Positions 62,645 to 64,000 of a DNA stretch of 64,000 nt are shown here, piece after piece. The position numbers were made by a program, and so were the translations under genes. The DNA is taken from NCBI GenBank assembly GCA_947491985.1, contig CANLLR010000010.1, positions 4,920-68,919 of the forward strand, given 5' to 3'. How positions within the stretch are numbered: position 1 is the first letter of the stretch; each line of letters begins with the position of its first letter. The DNA is from Flavobacteriaceae bacterium (GTDB lineage Bacteria > Bacteroidota > Bacteroidia > Flavobacteriales > Flavobacteriaceae). The notes under the pieces were generated by a model. The model saw only the letters and a program-made list of their open reading frames with translations. It made no database searches and was not told where the DNA came from.

Positions 62645-63109
62645 ATGAAAAAAATAATCTTCTTTTTATTCATTCCTTTTTTATCCTTCAGTCAAATTGA
62701 ACGAACCATTAAGTTGAAAGTGGCTGTAATGCAAAATTTTGTAACTAAAGGTGACGATGAAGGGGAAACGTTATTTTGGCAAACCAAAGGGCGAATTACG
62801 TTTGGAATTGTAAATTATACCGAAGAACAAAATCCTATTTTTAAAGCCTTGTTCATCAATCAATATAGAGAATTACTAGCTATTTACAAAAAGATGAATG
62901 TGTCTGAAGATTCGAACGACACCGCTTTGTATGTAAAAACACTAATACGTCAAGAAGAAGATTACCGTAATTTATTAACCAAAGACCAATTGAAATTTTA
63001 CTTAGATAAATTGGCCGATTTTGAGAAGAATAATCCGCAAGCAAACGATTCGTATTCTTCATTGTTTTTTTCTGAGAATTTATTAAAGGAATATAAATCG
63101 AAAACGTAA
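62645..63109 (+). CDS. hypothetical secreted protein (154 aa)
   Basis: The internal ATG 62645 gives the signal peptide MKKIIFFLFIPFLSFSQ. The longer track ORF would start inside tRNA-His. Confidence 0.55.
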   Translation: MKKIIFFLFIPFLSFSQIERTIKLKVAVMQNFVTKGDDEGETLFWQTKGRITFGIVNYTEEQNPIFKALFINQYRELLAIYKKMNVSEDSNDTALYVKTLIRQEEDYRNLLTKDQLKFYLDKLADFEKNNPQANDSYSSLFFSENLLKEYKSKT

Positions 63110-63420
63110 ACTTGCTTCTTTGTTTCTGAATTTATCTTCATTTTATTGGGAATAGTTCGACTGTGGCACTTTTTACCAACAATCCTGAATGTCAATGGAA
63201 CATGATAAGGGTTTCCTAACACCTTTTTGGCTATACAACACTACAACAACACTTCAAGAACCAACCGCATAAAATTCTTAGAGATTCCAACTCCTACTTA
63301 TATAACAACATCCTAAAGTGATTAGAGAAAAATTAAGAATTGTATAGTTTTTATGATCTAAAAAATTGAATTCGATAATTAGTTAAGGCTATTTTTATAT
63401 TGTGTTAAATAACGTAATTC

Positions 63421-64000
63421 ATGAAAATAGCATTCCTCCCTTTTATCAAATTGGTTCAATTCCTAATTATTTTGTTGATTGTAAAAAGCAATAGTTTATC
63501 AGCACAAAACATTTTGGTCAATGGTGATTTTGAAAGTGGAGGAAGTGGCATGGGATTTTTGGTTCATGATTACACCTTAATCAATCCACTTAATGGAAGC
63601 AGTGCACCTGGCAATTATGCACGAACAACCAATCCGAATCTAATGAATTCGGGATTTAATTTGGGCGGTGACCATACTACAGGCAACGGAAATATGATAG
63701 TGGTTGATGATGCAAATGTTACCAATCGCTTCTTTTGGACCACCGGAAATACTGGCGGTGCCATTAGCGGATTTACCATAGGAACTACATACACTTTTAG
63801 TTATTGGATCAAGTCGGTTTCTAATCAAGTTACGAATAGTGCAACACAAGCGAATATCGGTGTTTTCTTTGTAAATGCTACTACAATCAATCCAACCATC
63901 TTAAACAATTTGGCACCTTTGCCATTCGAAGGGTGGAAACAAGTTAGTTATTCATTCGTAGCTACAGCCAACAATGTCATGGTTCGATTACGGACGATTA
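63421..64000 (+). CDS. secreted protein, N-terminal 193 codons only (likely large surface/adhesin-type protein)
   Basis: ATG 63421 gives a signal peptide (..LLIVKSNSLSAQN) followed by NGDFESGG.., reminiscent of jelly-roll/CBM-like N-terminal domains of Flavobacterium surface proteins. The frame is open to the window end. It is absent from the ORF track because there is no stop. Confidence 0.55.
   Translation, partial: MKIAFLPFIKLVQFLIILLIVKSNSLSAQNILVNGDFESGGSGMGFLVHDYTLINPLNGSSAPGNYARTTNPNLMNSGFNLGGDHTTGNGNMIVVDDANVTNRFFWTTGNTGGAISGFTIGTTYTFSYWIKSVSNQVTNSATQANIGVFFVNATTINPTILNNLAPLPFEGWKQVSYSFVATANNVMVRLRTI

Noticed and set aside
1-64000. Search for a recognisable defence, toxin-antitoxin, secretion-system or biosynthetic gene cluster
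   Set aside because: I saw no nuclease/helicase/ATPase/methyltransferase pairs, cas genes, reverse transcriptase, transposase or integrase, and no PKS/NRPS-like genes. Apart from the first 1.6 kb and the repeat cassettes, the window looks like conserved core genome.

Overview
This low-GC chromosomal window reads as a Flavobacteriia (Flavobacterium-like, Bacteroidota) genome. Supporting signs are TAnnTTTG -7 promoter boxes, no Shine-Dalgarno sequences, a fused ccsBA cytochrome c biogenesis gene and a T9SS C-terminal sorting domain. It holds about 60 densely packed protein genes plus tRNA-Arg(ACG) and tRNA-His(GTG). Most content is core metabolism. There is a dispersed menaquinone set (menD, menB, menA, menC, DHNA-CoA thioesterase, menF). 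There is a MarR-headed beta-oxidation operon (HAD/ECH fusion, thiolase, acyl-CoA dehydrogenase) plus fadD. Also present are purL, apt, maf, kdsC, tcdA, bshB1, two photolyase/cryptochrome genes, an ECF sigma/anti-sigma pair and a BlaI/BlaR1-like pair. I see no recognisable defence system, CRISPR array, rRNA, transposase or integrase. The most unusual content is non-coding. (i) A family of 7-bp-periodic arrays (units T[G/A]AA[T/C][T/A]N) fills operon-internal spacers. As inverted arms these arrays bracket one intact and one decayed four-helix-bundle (23S-IVS/Avd family) gene and one gene-less ~120-bp mini-element, with exact 29-nt and 16-nt matches between distant copies. (ii) A 125-160 bp imperfect-palindrome element occurs twice. 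(iii) The first 1.6 kb is an AT-rich block with excisionase-like HTH genes abutting the 3' end of tRNA-Arg, probably the edge of an integrated element. Several small, disrupted or window-truncated genes are missing from the ORF track. All product calls come from motif recognition by eye; no searches were run.
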